Assembly: GCA_001179505.1 (NCBI GenBank)
Contig: CDMY01000314.1
Coordinates: forward strand, 1 to 64,000
Reading direction: 5' to 3'
DNA: 64,000 nucleotides
DNA from: Vitrella brassicaformis CCMP3155
Lineage: Eukaryota; Protista; Chromerida
The notes under the pieces are model-generated. The model had not been told where the DNA came from. It made no database searches and was given only the letters and a program-made list of their open reading frames with translations. The position numbers and the translations under genes are program-made. Shown here piece after piece: positions 38,200-50,029 of the stretch. Within the stretch, counting starts at the first letter, position 1, and every line of letters begins with the position of its first letter.

Positions 38200-41100
38200 T
38201 GACATTACATACCTGCCGCAATCTGTCGGCTTCGATCGACAGCCCCAGCAGCGCGTCCATGCCGCCTCTGAGCAACGCCACACCTAATCGGTGGATCGAC
38301 AAGCCAAAACACGTAGCCGACAGAACCAATGGATTGCTTGCGTCGAGTGAGCTGCCCTCACCTTTGACACCGTGTGCGACCAACGTGGTAACCAAACCCT
38401 CCAACTGCTCTGTAGTACTTCCCGTGTAGTGTTGGCAGTTGCGGTGATGCGGTTGAGAAGGTGATGGGATGGGGGTGTCGCTGTCGCCTGTGGGGGTCTC
38501 GTCGATGACAGTGCCGTCTTGGTTCGCCACCACCACCAGCGGCATCACGTGCGGCATCTCCTCGCAGAGGCCGCGCTGCACTTCCAGGGCGTGCCCGATC
38601 AGAGATTCTACCGACTGGTCGATGAAAGGGGCCCACGCATGCGGCACACAAACAAACAGAGAGGAGACAGACGGAGGGGCAGTTCGGGGGCTCACTCTCT
38701 CAGTGCCTGCACGCCTGCCCGCCTGTCTGTCTGTCTGTCTAACCTAGCTGTCTGGCATATCGACCTGGTGCACCACCACGCGCTCCTGCCACCCGCCCAT
38801 CGCACGTCCGTGTGGCTGAGGCTGATACATGTGCCAGCTGCTGCTGTGGGTCTGGTGGGGGAGAGCTGCCGGGGGCGGCGGCGGGGGCGGTGATGCGACG
38901 TCGATCACAGGCATCGAGACATCCATTTGGTCAGCAGAGGGGGGAAGGGAATAGGAGCACTTGGGTGCCGCCGCATCTGGCGAGAAGGGGAAGACTTTCT
39001 CACCCAGACGAGCGCCAGGAAGCACCGACAACACCATCGGCACGGCCTGCATTTCCATGATCGGCTGCTGCTGGGGTCCCCCCCCTTGCTGCTGCCCCTG
39101 CTGGTCAATGACGGCTGCCGGGTGTGTGTTGGAGTGATCAGTGGCGGAATAGATGGCCGCGATGACGTCACCACCTCCACCTCCAGATGGCTCCTCCTCC
39201 GGCAAGCCGTCGCACTGCACCGCTATCTCGCTGGTCGACCACAAGGCACCCACTGCACGCCCCTCCCCGCCCGGCCGGTGACACCCACAGCAGCTATGCC
39301 GACCCTTGCCCCCTCTCCATCCACCTCGTCACACCCCGTGGTCTGCCGGGTGTGGTCACAAACAGCCACAGCCTTCACCACTTCTGCCGCCGCTGTTGCA
39401 CCGCTCGCCAGATGGTGCTCTCCCTCCTCATTGCCCGGCATTGTGTCCCGCTGGTCCTCCTGGGTCTCATTTGCCGTCTGCCGCCGATCGGTGGTTGTGC
39501 GATTGCATTCGGTGGTCTTGTTGGAATGCGTGGGAAGGGGCGGGCAGTCCTCAGTCGACAGGGGGATGGGGTCCTCACTGTCAGCGAGAGATTGCGAGCC
39601 CGACCACGCCGCCTTGCTGTCCGATGGACGGCTGCCGGCGCCGCTGACCTCGCACCCTCGCGACCCTACCACAGCCGCACGCGACGCTCCTTTGTCTCGA
39701 GTGCTCTTGGGTCTGCTGCTGTTGTTGTACTGGGTGCTTTTGGTCCTGGTGTTGGTGCTGCTGTTGTTGGTGTGTGTGGTGGTGTGTGGGTAGGAGACCA
39801 CGGGGTGAGGGGTGGGCTTGAGGGTGCGGGGAGGGGGCAGGATGGTCGGCATGGGGACCGAAGGCGACTCACTGACAGAAGGACTGCATCAACCGGCCAC
39901 CGGCAACCAACAGATTCACAACAGACAAAACAAACATGCTTCATACGTGTGTTATGAGCCCCACTCGCTCACCCGTGCTGCCCCTGCTGGTCAATGACGG
40001 CTGCCGCTTGCTGCTGACTCACCGCCCTCGTGTCAGCAATCATCACACGCCAGGAGGGCGCTCTCACTTCGCACGGCTTCACGGCCGCCAAGATGTCCTC
40101 ACCGCCGACCAACAGACAGGACAGACGCGAGCGCTCGATCGCCACCCGTGGCATCGCCTTGGCGTCCGTGGTGTGGCTGGGAAGGGGGAGGGGGGACGGG
40201 GGAGTGACGCTGGCCAAAGCCACCTGGGGCTGCTGTTGGTGCTGGCGATGGTGGGGTGTGGTGACTGTGCTGCCGACATCCGCTGCCGGGTGTGGGCTGG
40301 GGTGATCAGTGGCCGGACGGATGGCCGCGATGGCCTCATGACCTCCGCCACCAGATGGCTCCTCCTCCGGCAAGCCGTCGCGCTGCACCGCTATCTCGCT
40401 GGTCGACGACAAGGCACCCACTGCACGCCCCCCTCCCGCCAGTCCAATGACACCCGCAGCCATGCCGATCCCCCCCTCTCCATCCACCTCATCACAAACA
40501 GCCACCACCTTCACCGCTGCTGCTGCCGCCGGTGCTCTGCCACCCACACGATGGCGCTCTCCCTCCTCATCTCCCCCCGGAGCATCCTGCTGTCCCCGTT
40601 GGTCTTCCTTGGGATCGGTGGTGGCTCTGCTCGTTGTGGTCAGTGTGGGGAGGGGCGGGATGACCTCCTCCGTCGAGAGGGGGTTGGCGTCGCCATCCGC
40701 ATCAGAGAGAGATTGTGAGCCAGACCACGCCGTCCTGACATCCGACGGACGGTTGCTGGCGCCGGTGAAATCGTGCCCACGAGACCGCGACACACCTTCC
40801 TTGGCAGTGCTGCTGCTGCCGCCGTCTGGGGGCCGTATGGTTGTGGTGGTCCTGCTCGTGGTGGTGGTGGCGACGGTCGTTGTTGCAGTCGTGGACGATG
40901 GACGGAGGCGAGAGGCCTGGCGATAGGCCGGGGCGGACGACTCCCTGAACGACAGCAAATCGGGCTTGGGATGGAAGTGCGTGCGGCTCAGTGAATGCCT
41001 ACCGTCCTGATGCGCCGCTGAGGAGGCTTAGGATCGACGAAGGAGTGGCGGCGCGGAGCCTCAGGGCCTCACAGATCAACTCATCCATCGGGAACGAGCG

Positions 41101-42422
41101 GCAAGCTGATGCACACACGCGCACACGCACACATCGACATCTCGCCGTGTGCGCCGTTTCGCCCCTCCCTTGCTCACCCTGTGTGTCATCGCGGGGGTCG
41201 GCATCAAAGTCCGCGAGAAGGAAGTCGTAGAGGCTATCGGAGTTCAACTTGTTGGCGATGAGCTGTTGTCGGTTCAGGGTCAGCCACCCGACCGCAACGA
41301 AGTAGAAGATCGTCTCTGCCGGCTGACACACAGACACAGACACAGACACCAGTGAAGGCAGTAGGAAGGAGGGCGGACTCGCTGTGAGTTCTTGTGTTGT
41401 GCTGTTGTTATTAGGTACCTTGTGGTGGAGGCAGAGTCGCCAGAGGGTCAGGAGTGTCTCAACGTTGCGGAAGACCTTCGCATACAGCGTCGAGAACCAT
41501 CTGCACGAACACAAGACACACACACGATCTCTGTCAGTGTGCGGGCGGGGAGAGAGGCTGCCAGTGTGTGGCTCACTTGGGAAGGTACATCTCTGGCTCG
41601 ATGCCATGGCCGTCGAAGATTGTGCTGACCTCCGGATCGTGGAACTTGAGCAGGAGCCTGTAACACAAACACACACACACACACACACAATCCGAGCAGC
41701 CTGCAGGAACATGGCCGTGACTGACTTCCCTTCTGCACCACCACACCCACCCTGTGAGTTTGTACATCCTAAGCTCGGCCACGAGGAGCCGACGCCCGGC
41801 GCGAGGGTGCGCAGGATCATGTCCAAACACCCGAGCAGCTGCGCCGGGCTCGGCCGAGGCTGAAGCGCATACAACGGTGCAACGATCTCGTTCAGCCCTG
41901 CACAAGCCGCACACAGCCAGCCCGCACCGACACGTACGCCCTATGTATGGCTAGTTGAGGCGTTGTGTGAGTACCCTGGGTGTAGCTTATTGACAGCATA
42001 GCACAGAACGACTGCAGCGCTACTTGCAGGTCGGCCTTAGTGCGCTCGTCACGATACAACGGGCACTCTTGGCGAGTGCGGGCCAGGTCGCCGGCGATCA
42101 ACTGCAAACAGACAACACGGACAGACAGACAGACAAACAGACAAATAGACAAACAAACAGACATCCCTGGCCCATCAAATTCTCAATTTCTCACCTCCGC
42201 ATTGGCCGCATCCTTCTGTGGAGATGTGCATGTGGTGGCCTGGTGCACTATCAGCCGGCAGTAGGCGGGGATGTCTGCCTTGAGGGTCGTCAGCCACTGG
42301 CTGAGGAGGCGATCTTCCTGTCCATCGCACGGAGGGTCTGTGCCTCCGGCTGCGGCTGCCAACGCTGCGCAAGATTTGCGCTTGCTTGCGGCTGCGGCTG
42401 GGGCTGGGGCATGCTCTTGCAT
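38200..42422 (-). CDS. TBC/RabGAP-domain gene (TBC1D23/TBCK-like), followed by a duplicated low-complexity region and a rhodanese-like segment; possibly continuous with the pseudokinase
   Basis: LIAGDLARTR..LQSFC..SYTQG|LNEIVAPL; RLLLKFHDPEVSTIFDGHGIEPEMYLPK|WFSTLY..LLTLW; YFVAVGWL. RLGVALLRGGMDALL resembles the end of a rhodanese domain. Frame is unclear at 38744 and ~39260. Confidence 0.7.
39090..40760. repeat. Intragenic tandem duplication (~39090-39700 versus ~39980-40760)
   Basis: EIAVQ(C/R)DGLPEEEPSGGGG and AAVIDQQGQ blocks occur twice, with matching DNA. Confidence 0.85.
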
Positions 42423-42548
42423 GGTTTCTTGAGCCGACTCCGTAAAACATTATTGCGCACGAACTCTGCGAAGATAGAAAGCCCTTTCGCTGCATTCTCG
42501 CATTCGAGCGTTCGCACCCCCGTAGAGCACATCAAAGGAGCTGCAGCC

Positions 42549-43182
42549 ATGTCGGTGAAGTTCTTTCTCGAAAAGATGCGTAGGGTGGCCGATGGGGTGG
42601 CTGCCTTCCCCCGCACCAAAGGCGCCGCCAAGACGGGCACCAAGGGCCGCATTCAGCCACCGGCCGCCAAGAGCCAGGCCAAGAGCACCACGAGCACTGC
42701 GGAGAAGGGCGGCGCGTGCGCCAAGTTCCAGGACTGCCGCATGAGGGGCAGAGCCCTGTGTGAGGTGTGTAGCGCCAAGAAGCAGGTGGGCGAGGTGGGA
42801 GGGACACAGTGGAGGGACTGGGGAGGGACGGGAGGGAGGCGTCCGAGGGGAGCGCCTTCATGATGCGTCCAGATAAACATGGCCATGTGTGTGTGATATG
42901 TGTGTGCAGGAGATGGTGCGCAAGGCCGCCAAGATGCGCCAGGAGCTCGACTTCTACATGCAGGGCACCCTCCTGTATTCCCCAGCGATGGACGAGCCCA
43001 CGATCGGCCGGACCCCCCACTTCAGCAAGTTCGCCAAGGCCCGCCCCATCAGCCCGCCGGAGCCGCCCCACACCGCCAGCAGCACCAGCACCAACTGCCC
43101 CACGGTGCTGCAGATGGCCTGCGACGCCGTGGCCAAGGTGTGGGCGAGCTGCAGCTGCACCACCCCCACACACATCTGCTGA
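42549..43182 (+). CDS. Unknown small-protein family, copy 4 (intact, 2 exons)
   Basis: MSVKFFLEKMRR..GACAKFQDCRMRGRALCEVCSAKKQ|EMVRKAAKMRQELDFY..CSCTTPTHIC*. Confidence 0.8.
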
Positions 43183-44280
43183 GGCGGCTGCCAGACAGAC
43201 AGGGAGGGGGGGAGGGAGGGAGCCGTGTTCTTTTCTTTTTCATGGTGGGCGGCTTCATGTGAAGGGAGAGGGGAGCGTCTGTGTGTGGAGTGGATTGTAT
43301 GCCATTTGTGTGTGTGTCAGACCTGCCGAGTGCCATCTGCCTGAGTGTCGGTGCATTTGTGGCATTTGTCTGGCTGCCCTGCTGTAGTGTGTCGGTGGCT
43401 GTCGTGCTGCATAGTCGTCCTTGCACTGTCGTCTGTCGTCTGTAGTGTGTCGTCTGTCGTGTGTCGTCTGTGTGTCGTGTGTCTGGCTGCCTTGCGGATG
43501 ATGTGGGTGTGTGTGGTTCCGTCAGTTCGTGGTGGTTCGTAGCGAGAGTCACCGAATTGGAGGGGGAGAGAGGCCAGGGGCAGCTGTACCATATAGTACA
43601 AAAAAAAACATAAAAGGGGGGGCTCGTGTCAAGCACGGCCTCTCGAAAAGCTTTGTGTGACCCTGTGTGTGGGGCTCGTGGGGGTGGGTTTTGTTTGCTG
43701 CCTGGCTGCCCGGCTGCCTTCCTGCACCGCTGGCCTCTCTCTCCTCCCGGCATGGCGGGCCTGCCGCACAAGGCCGCCTGCCCTCTGCGTAGTTCGTGTG
43801 TGTGAACGATTTGTCTGTCTGTGTTTTGATGTGGTCTGGCTGGCGGGGCGTGGATGTGCCCTGTGAGAGGGGCGTTAAGTGTTTCGTGCTTACATACGTC
43901 TGGCCACCGCAAAAAAAGATAAGCTGGGAGGGGCCATGGCCGGCTGCCTGGCGATGGCGCCCTTCGAAAACCTTTTTGTGATGACTGCGTGAATGTGTGG
44001 CCCTTTCCCCTTCATGGCCTGGCTGCTCCGCCCCTCTCACATCCGTGTGGCTGATGGTCGATGCGTTGTGTTTTCGGCCGTCCCTCTCATTTCATTTCGT
44101 CTGCCCTGTGTGTCTGTGTGAGTGTCGCTGCATTCTTTAGTCATTTCTAATGTGTCATTGTTACTGTCATTTGGCAGCTAGGGTGCTGTGGGCCGGCCGG
44201 ACGCCGAGCGGCCAGATCCAATAAGGTGAGTGCGCCACTCTGAGGGCGTCAGCCACCTGACAGTGTGTGTGTGTCTGGGC

Positions 44281-44545
44281 GTGTGTGTCGAGTGCGTCTT
44301 GGGGGGCACAGTGTAGCTCTGTGTGTGTCGAGTGTGTCTTGGGGGGCGCAGTGTAGCTCTGTGTGTGTCGAGTGCGTCTTGGGGGGCACAGTGTAGCTCT
44401 GTGTGTGTCGAGTGTGTCTTGGGGGGCACAGTGTAGCTCTGTGTGTGTCGAGTGTGTCTGGGGCGGCACAGTGTAGCTCTGTGTGTGTCGAGTGTGTCTT
44501 GGGGGGCACAGTGTAGCTCTGTGTGTGTCGAGTGTGTGTTGGGGA
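44281..44545. repeat. 40-bp minisatellite, 6 full units (only ~2 in the other arm, 34050-34150)
   Basis: GTGTGTGTCGAGTGYGTCTTGGGGGGCACAGTGTAGCTCT repeats with an exact 40-bp period. Confidence 0.95.
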
Positions 44546-46917
44546 CAGAGACTTAGTGCCTGCGTGTCTGTGTGTGTGGGAAAGAGAAGGCCCCCAGAAG
44601 AAGGCAAAAAGAGAGAGGAAGGCCCATTAGAAGGCCGACACAAAGAGGCGCTTAGAAGCCCACCTACCACCCACGGGCAGCCGGCAGGTCAGTCAGCACC
44701 ACACAGCACGGGCCACTCCAAAGCTTAATGGATGAGGATCTGTCTGTCTGTGTGTCTGTCTGTCTGTCTGTGTGTGTGTGTGTGCTCTGTGCTGCAGCTT
44801 GGCTTGTTTGGAAGAGCTCACACGCATTCCCGCCGTTTGGGCTGTGCGGCATTTCGTGTTTTCGTCTGTTCTGATTAAGTGGTGTAGTGCAGCCATTCCG
44901 CCATTTTGTGCTGTAGTAGAAGTCGCCGGCACTCCATTTGTGCCGCTGCCAGCCATTTGGTCCGTATAGTCCCTCTCCACTCACTCACCCCACACACCAA
45001 CCAGGTACGTGTGTGTTAGTGGTCACCAATTGCCTGCGCACACACACTCATTCATTCAGCCGTCCATATGTATGTGTCTGCAGGTCCCCTGTATGCGTCG
45101 AGCTGCCTGCCAGAGTGTACTTGGCTAAGTCCAGGCGCAGCCACCACCCCCAACTCACAGACGGTTAGAAATTTGGTTGACCACACCTTCAGCAGCAACA
45201 CATCTGTGTGTGCATCTTCTTCTCTGTGTGCTGTTGGTGTGCAGCTCACTGGTCGGCCATCTAGCTGCACACCAAGGCCACGTCTCTGTCGGACGGCTTT
45301 GTGTCAGCGCACACGCCACTACGGCAGCAGCAGCAGCAGCAAGCCGCCAGTCAGCACCGGCCATTGCGTAAGGAAGCCCCGCGATGCACCCCATCGGCAG
45401 CCTCTGATGCTGCTCTTCGTGCGACCTTCAGAGGGTACGTGAGGGAGCACTGGAGGCACCAGGCAATGCCCACCGTCGGGCTTACGTGTGTGTCTCGTGT
45501 GTGTGCCTTGGCAGGTGGACCATGTCAGTCGTCCGAGCCAGCCCACGATGGGCGGGGGAAGGCCGCTTCGGCCGTATCCCGTCCATCACCCGTGGGGGGG
45601 TCAGGCGATGTGTGTGGTGTGGGAGGGAGGCGTAGTCGTTTCGACGATCCTCTCGCCCACCCACACACACATGGTGCCCTTCGCCATCGTCACCCCACCC
45701 CCGCCCGCCCTCCATCGGCTAAGAGATCTTCAATAACGGCACCGTGGCCATCGTCAGGTCAGTCGATCACTCTCACACGAACGAGTGCATGAGCATGTGA
45801 CGGGTGCACATCTCCCCGTGTGTGTGTGTGTGTGTCGTGTCATGTGGCTTGCAGGTCACTCACTGTCAGATCCTCACTGCGTAAGGAAGCCGATCTATTC
45901 TGACAGCCCTCTTCGTCCATCAACGATCCACAACGTACGTGTGCCACACACACGCACAGCTGAATATGCCCTCACCTTTACGTGTCTCTCCTCCTGTGTG
46001 TTTGTGCCACTGGTTGTTTGCAGGTTTCCCTCACTCCTCACTGTGTAACGAAGCCAATATGCTACTCGCCGTCCCTTCCGCCCTCTGCACACGCCGCCGC
46101 CGCACTAAGGTAAAGGGGTGTGGGCGTCAGTCGCACACACATGCATGTACACCCAAGTACTGTACCTGCTCATCTGTCTACGCGTGTCTGTATCTGTGTC
46201 GCTCAGCAACCCGATCGCCTGCCTCCTCTTGCCGACAAGTCTCTGTCACACGCCAGACTGTTCATCTGGCTGGCGGCGTGTGTGCTTGTGTCGACTCTCT
46301 GTCTGTCCGTCTGCCATGTGGGGGCGTGCGAAAGTGCTGTGTGTGTTGACGGGCGTGTGCACATTCATCTGTGTGCGGAGCAGACTATATATGTGCGTTT
46401 TGCCGAAGCGGCCACACACACACACCCAGTGGCACGTCTGAGTGTGCACCTCATCTGAGCGTACACCCTCACATTTGACAGACGTATGTATGGCTACTGT
46501 GGTGCATACAGCGCTGTACAACTCCCGGGCACATTGGCGGCCTGCTGTGGGTACGAGTCCGCCAGCGGCAGTCAGAGCACTCAGCAAAGCCTTCATATAC
46601 GCGTGAGTCTGATCGACTGTCAGGCAGCCTCACGTGCGCAGTGGCCAGTTTGCGTGGAGTCTGTCATGCGGCCCTTTACGGATGGCCAGCTTTCATCTGG
46701 CGCCTCTGGCGCCAATAAGAAATTCTCGGCGAGATTTTGAGACAGGCCCACGGGAGACGAGAAAAGGGGAAAAACCCATTGTGTATCGATTTCGATTTTC
46801 TGCCGAGCGTACGCAAGAGAACTCGGCGAGTGCCGCTGTCGGCAGCTCCAAGAAAGCCAGCCGCATTGCCAAGCTGCCACTGGGGGTGCGTTTCGGCTTC
46901 GCATTCAGTTTGCAGCC

Positions 46918-47542
46918 ATGTCGGTGAAGTTCCTCCTTGATAAGATGCGCAGGGCGAACGTCGCTCTCGGCCGCACCAACAAAGCGCCACCAAGGGCCGC
47001 AGCCGGGGGGTCAAGGACAGCAAGGGCCGCATTCAGCCACCGGTCGCCAAGAGCACCACCAACACGGCGGAGAAGGGCAGTGCGTGCGGCAAGTATGTTC
47101 CAGGACTGCCGCGGGAGGGGCGGAGCCATGTGTGAGGTGTGCAGCGCCAAGAAGGAGGTGGGCGAGGTGGGAGGGATGGAAGGGAGGTGCCTCTGGGGAG
47201 GGCACTCGTGATGCATTGCATTGCGTCCAGATAAACATGGCCATGTGTGTGTGTCCGTGTGTGCAGGAGATCGTCCGCGAGGCTGCCAAGAAGCGCCAGG
47301 AATTCGACTTCTACGCCCAGGGCACGGTGCTGCACTTCCCCTCGATGGACGAGCCCACCATCGGCCGCACCCCCCACTTCAGCAACTTCGCCAAGGTCCG
47401 CCCCATCAACCCGCCGAACCCGCCCCACACCGCCAGCAGCACCAGCGTGAGCTGCTGCACAGTGCTGCAGATGGCCTCTGTGTGGGGGAAAGACAACGCC
47501 CCCAGAAGAAGGCAAACACAGAGAGACAGAAAGGCCCATTAG
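46918..47542 (+). CDS. Unknown small-protein family, copy 5 (compensated frameshifts, new C-terminus)
   Basis: A -1 shift near 46983 plus a TATG insertion at 47094-47097 restores the frame into FQDC..CEVCSAKKE. Exon 2 is fused to downstream sequence by a deletion. Confidence 0.6.
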
Positions 47543-48950
47543 AAGGCCGACACGAAGAGGCGATTAGAGGGCCACCTACCACATACGGGCAGCCCACCCA
47601 GCAGCCAGCAGGTCAGTCAGCACGACACAGCACGGGCCACTCCAAAGCTTCGTTGATGAATGAGGATCTGTCTGTCTCTGTGTCTGTCTGTCTGTGTGTC
47701 TGTCTGTGTGTGCTCTGCGCTGCAGCTTGGCTTATTTGGAAGAGCTCAGACGCATTCCCGCCGTTTGGGCCGTGCGGCATTTCGTGTTTTCGTCTGGTCT
47801 GATTAAGTGGTGTAGTGCAGCCATCCAGCCATTTTGTGCTGTAGTAGAAGTCGCCGGCACTCCATTTGTGCCGCTGCCAGCCATTTGGTCCGTATAGTCC
47901 CTCTCCACTCACCCCACACACCAACCAGGTACGTGTGTGTAAGTCGTCACCATGTGCCTGCGCAAACACACTCATTCACCGCTCCATCCATGTGTGTGTG
48001 CGTGTGTGTGGTCCGTTGCCTGCAGGTCCCCTTTATGCGTCGAGCTGCCTGCCAGCGTGTTCTTGATATTCGTTGCATTCGGCGCAGCCTCCACCCCCAA
48101 CTCACAGACGGTGAGAGATTTGGTAGACCACACCTGTCTTCGCTGCCCCGCGCCCCTCGTGTTATGTTCTTCGGTCCGCTTGTTGTCGGCGCAACCAAGA
48201 CGCGGCAGTTTCCGCCGCTCAGGGGGCTGACCGTGGCAGTTTTCGCCGTTGACCAACGACTGCGTGGGCAACTGTTCGACCAACCGGGCGACGCCACTAC
48301 TGCAGCAGAGGCCGTCAGTACTCTGAGTAAGGAAGCCGCTCTACAAGGTCTCCATCAACAACGCTCCACAAGGTGAGTGTGCTGGCGACACGCACAGCTG
48401 ATTACACATGCCTTGAGGTGTTTCTCTCCCTGTGTGTGTGCCACTGGTTGGCTGCAGTGCTCAGCCAGTGGGTAACGAAGCCGACACATTCACTCTTCAC
48501 TCCCTGCCACACGTCACCACCACCACCACCGTCACCACCATATTCAACACATAAGGTGGGTGCAGCTGGCCACCACACAGAAGAGACTCACTGCCTCATC
48601 TCTGTCTGTCTGTGTGTTGGATCGGTTGCCTGCAGTTGTCTGTTTGCGGATTGTGTACCGGTCGCTCGGCAAGTAAATTGATGACCTCTGCATATGCCAA
48701 AGAGGCAGGTGTGCTCATCTTTCAGCCACACAGAACACACCACGTGGTGCGCCCGAGCACTCCTCACTTTTCGTCGTGTGTCTGTCTGTCTGTCTGTTAG
48801 TGTCCGTCTCGCTCAGGCAGATCGCTCGCCTCTTTCCGCTCGCCAACCGACGCACAAGCCACACCGAGGCAAGCCATTGGCCATAAGAAAACACTTCGGC
48901 TGCATTCGAACGTTTGGGCACCAGTAAAGCACAGCAAAGGAGCTGCAGCC

Positions 48951-49545
48951 ATGTCGGTGGAGTTCCTCCTCGAGAAGATGCGTAGGGCGGCTGCCATCCC
49001 CCGCACCAAAGGCGCCGTCACGACGGGCACCAGGGGCCGCATTCAGCCACCGGTCGCCAAGAGCACCACCAACACGGCGGAGAAGGGCGGTGCGTGCGGC
49101 AAGTATGTTCCAGGACTGCCGCGGGAGGGGCGGAGCCATGTGTGAGGTGTGCAGCGCCAAGAAGGAGGTGGGCGAGGTGGGAGGGATGGAAGGGAGGTGC
49201 CTCTGGGGAGGGCACTCGTGATGCATTGCATTGCGTCCAGATAAACATGGCCATGTGTGTGTGTCCGTGTGTGCAGGAGATCGTCCGCGAGGCTGCCAAG
49301 AAGCGCCAGGAGCTCGACTTCTACATGAAGGCCCATCTCTGGTTGCCCCCGAGATGGACGAGCCAACCATCGGCCGGACCCCCCACTTTTCTAGATTCGC
49401 CAAGGCCCGCCCCATCAGCCCGCCATGCCCGCCCCACACCGCCAGCAGCACCAGCAGCAGCTGCCCCACGGTGCTGCATATGGCCTGCGACGCGATGGCC
49501 AAGGTATGGGCCAGCTGCAGCTGCAGCACCCCCACACACATCTAG
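48951..49545 (+). pseudogene. Unknown small-protein family, copy 6 (uncompensated 4-bp insertion)
   Basis: TATG at 49104-49107 shifts the frame to a stop at 49145. Exon 2 is otherwise intact (..CSCSTPTHI*). Confidence 0.7.
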
Positions 49546-50029
49546 GCGGCTGCCAGACACATGGGGGGAGGGGGTGGCCGGCCAACACCGCTGCCTACAT
49601 TTTATATTTGCTGACACTGGTGTTCATTCTTCTACGCTTATCGGTTTTGCCGGCTTCGCGCTGAGGAGAGTGACGTGCACTTGCCAACCACGTGACTCAG
49701 GCTGCCACCTGACCTGCCTGTGTGTGTTGACGGGTGTGGTCTTACGGCCGCAGTGGAGGGATATGAATGCGTGTGTGGGTGAGACGTACGAGAGACACGC
49801 TTGCTCCACACCGCTCAAACCTGACGCCATCAACCAAGTATGTCACCATACACAGGTCTGTTGGTCCTTTCCCTCCCCTCAGGAGTGAGTGAGCCAAATG
49901 AGCCAAATGCCCCGTGGACACACCGAGGGGTAAAGGTCAGGTCAATCGAGTGCATCACACACACACACTCACACACACCTCAGACACCTACTGCACAGAC
50001 CAGCTAGCTACAGCTGACCACCCCACCCA

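Larger units (their letters stand above)
42540..46320. repeat. Right arm of the inverted segmental duplication
   Basis: Reverse complement of 32110-35820. Confidence 0.93.

Noticed and set aside
43976-44055. Possible C/D-box snoRNA (GTGATGA...CTGA), also present in the other arm
   Set aside because: No terminal stem, no clear internal boxes and no recognisable rRNA guide; such motifs arise by chance.
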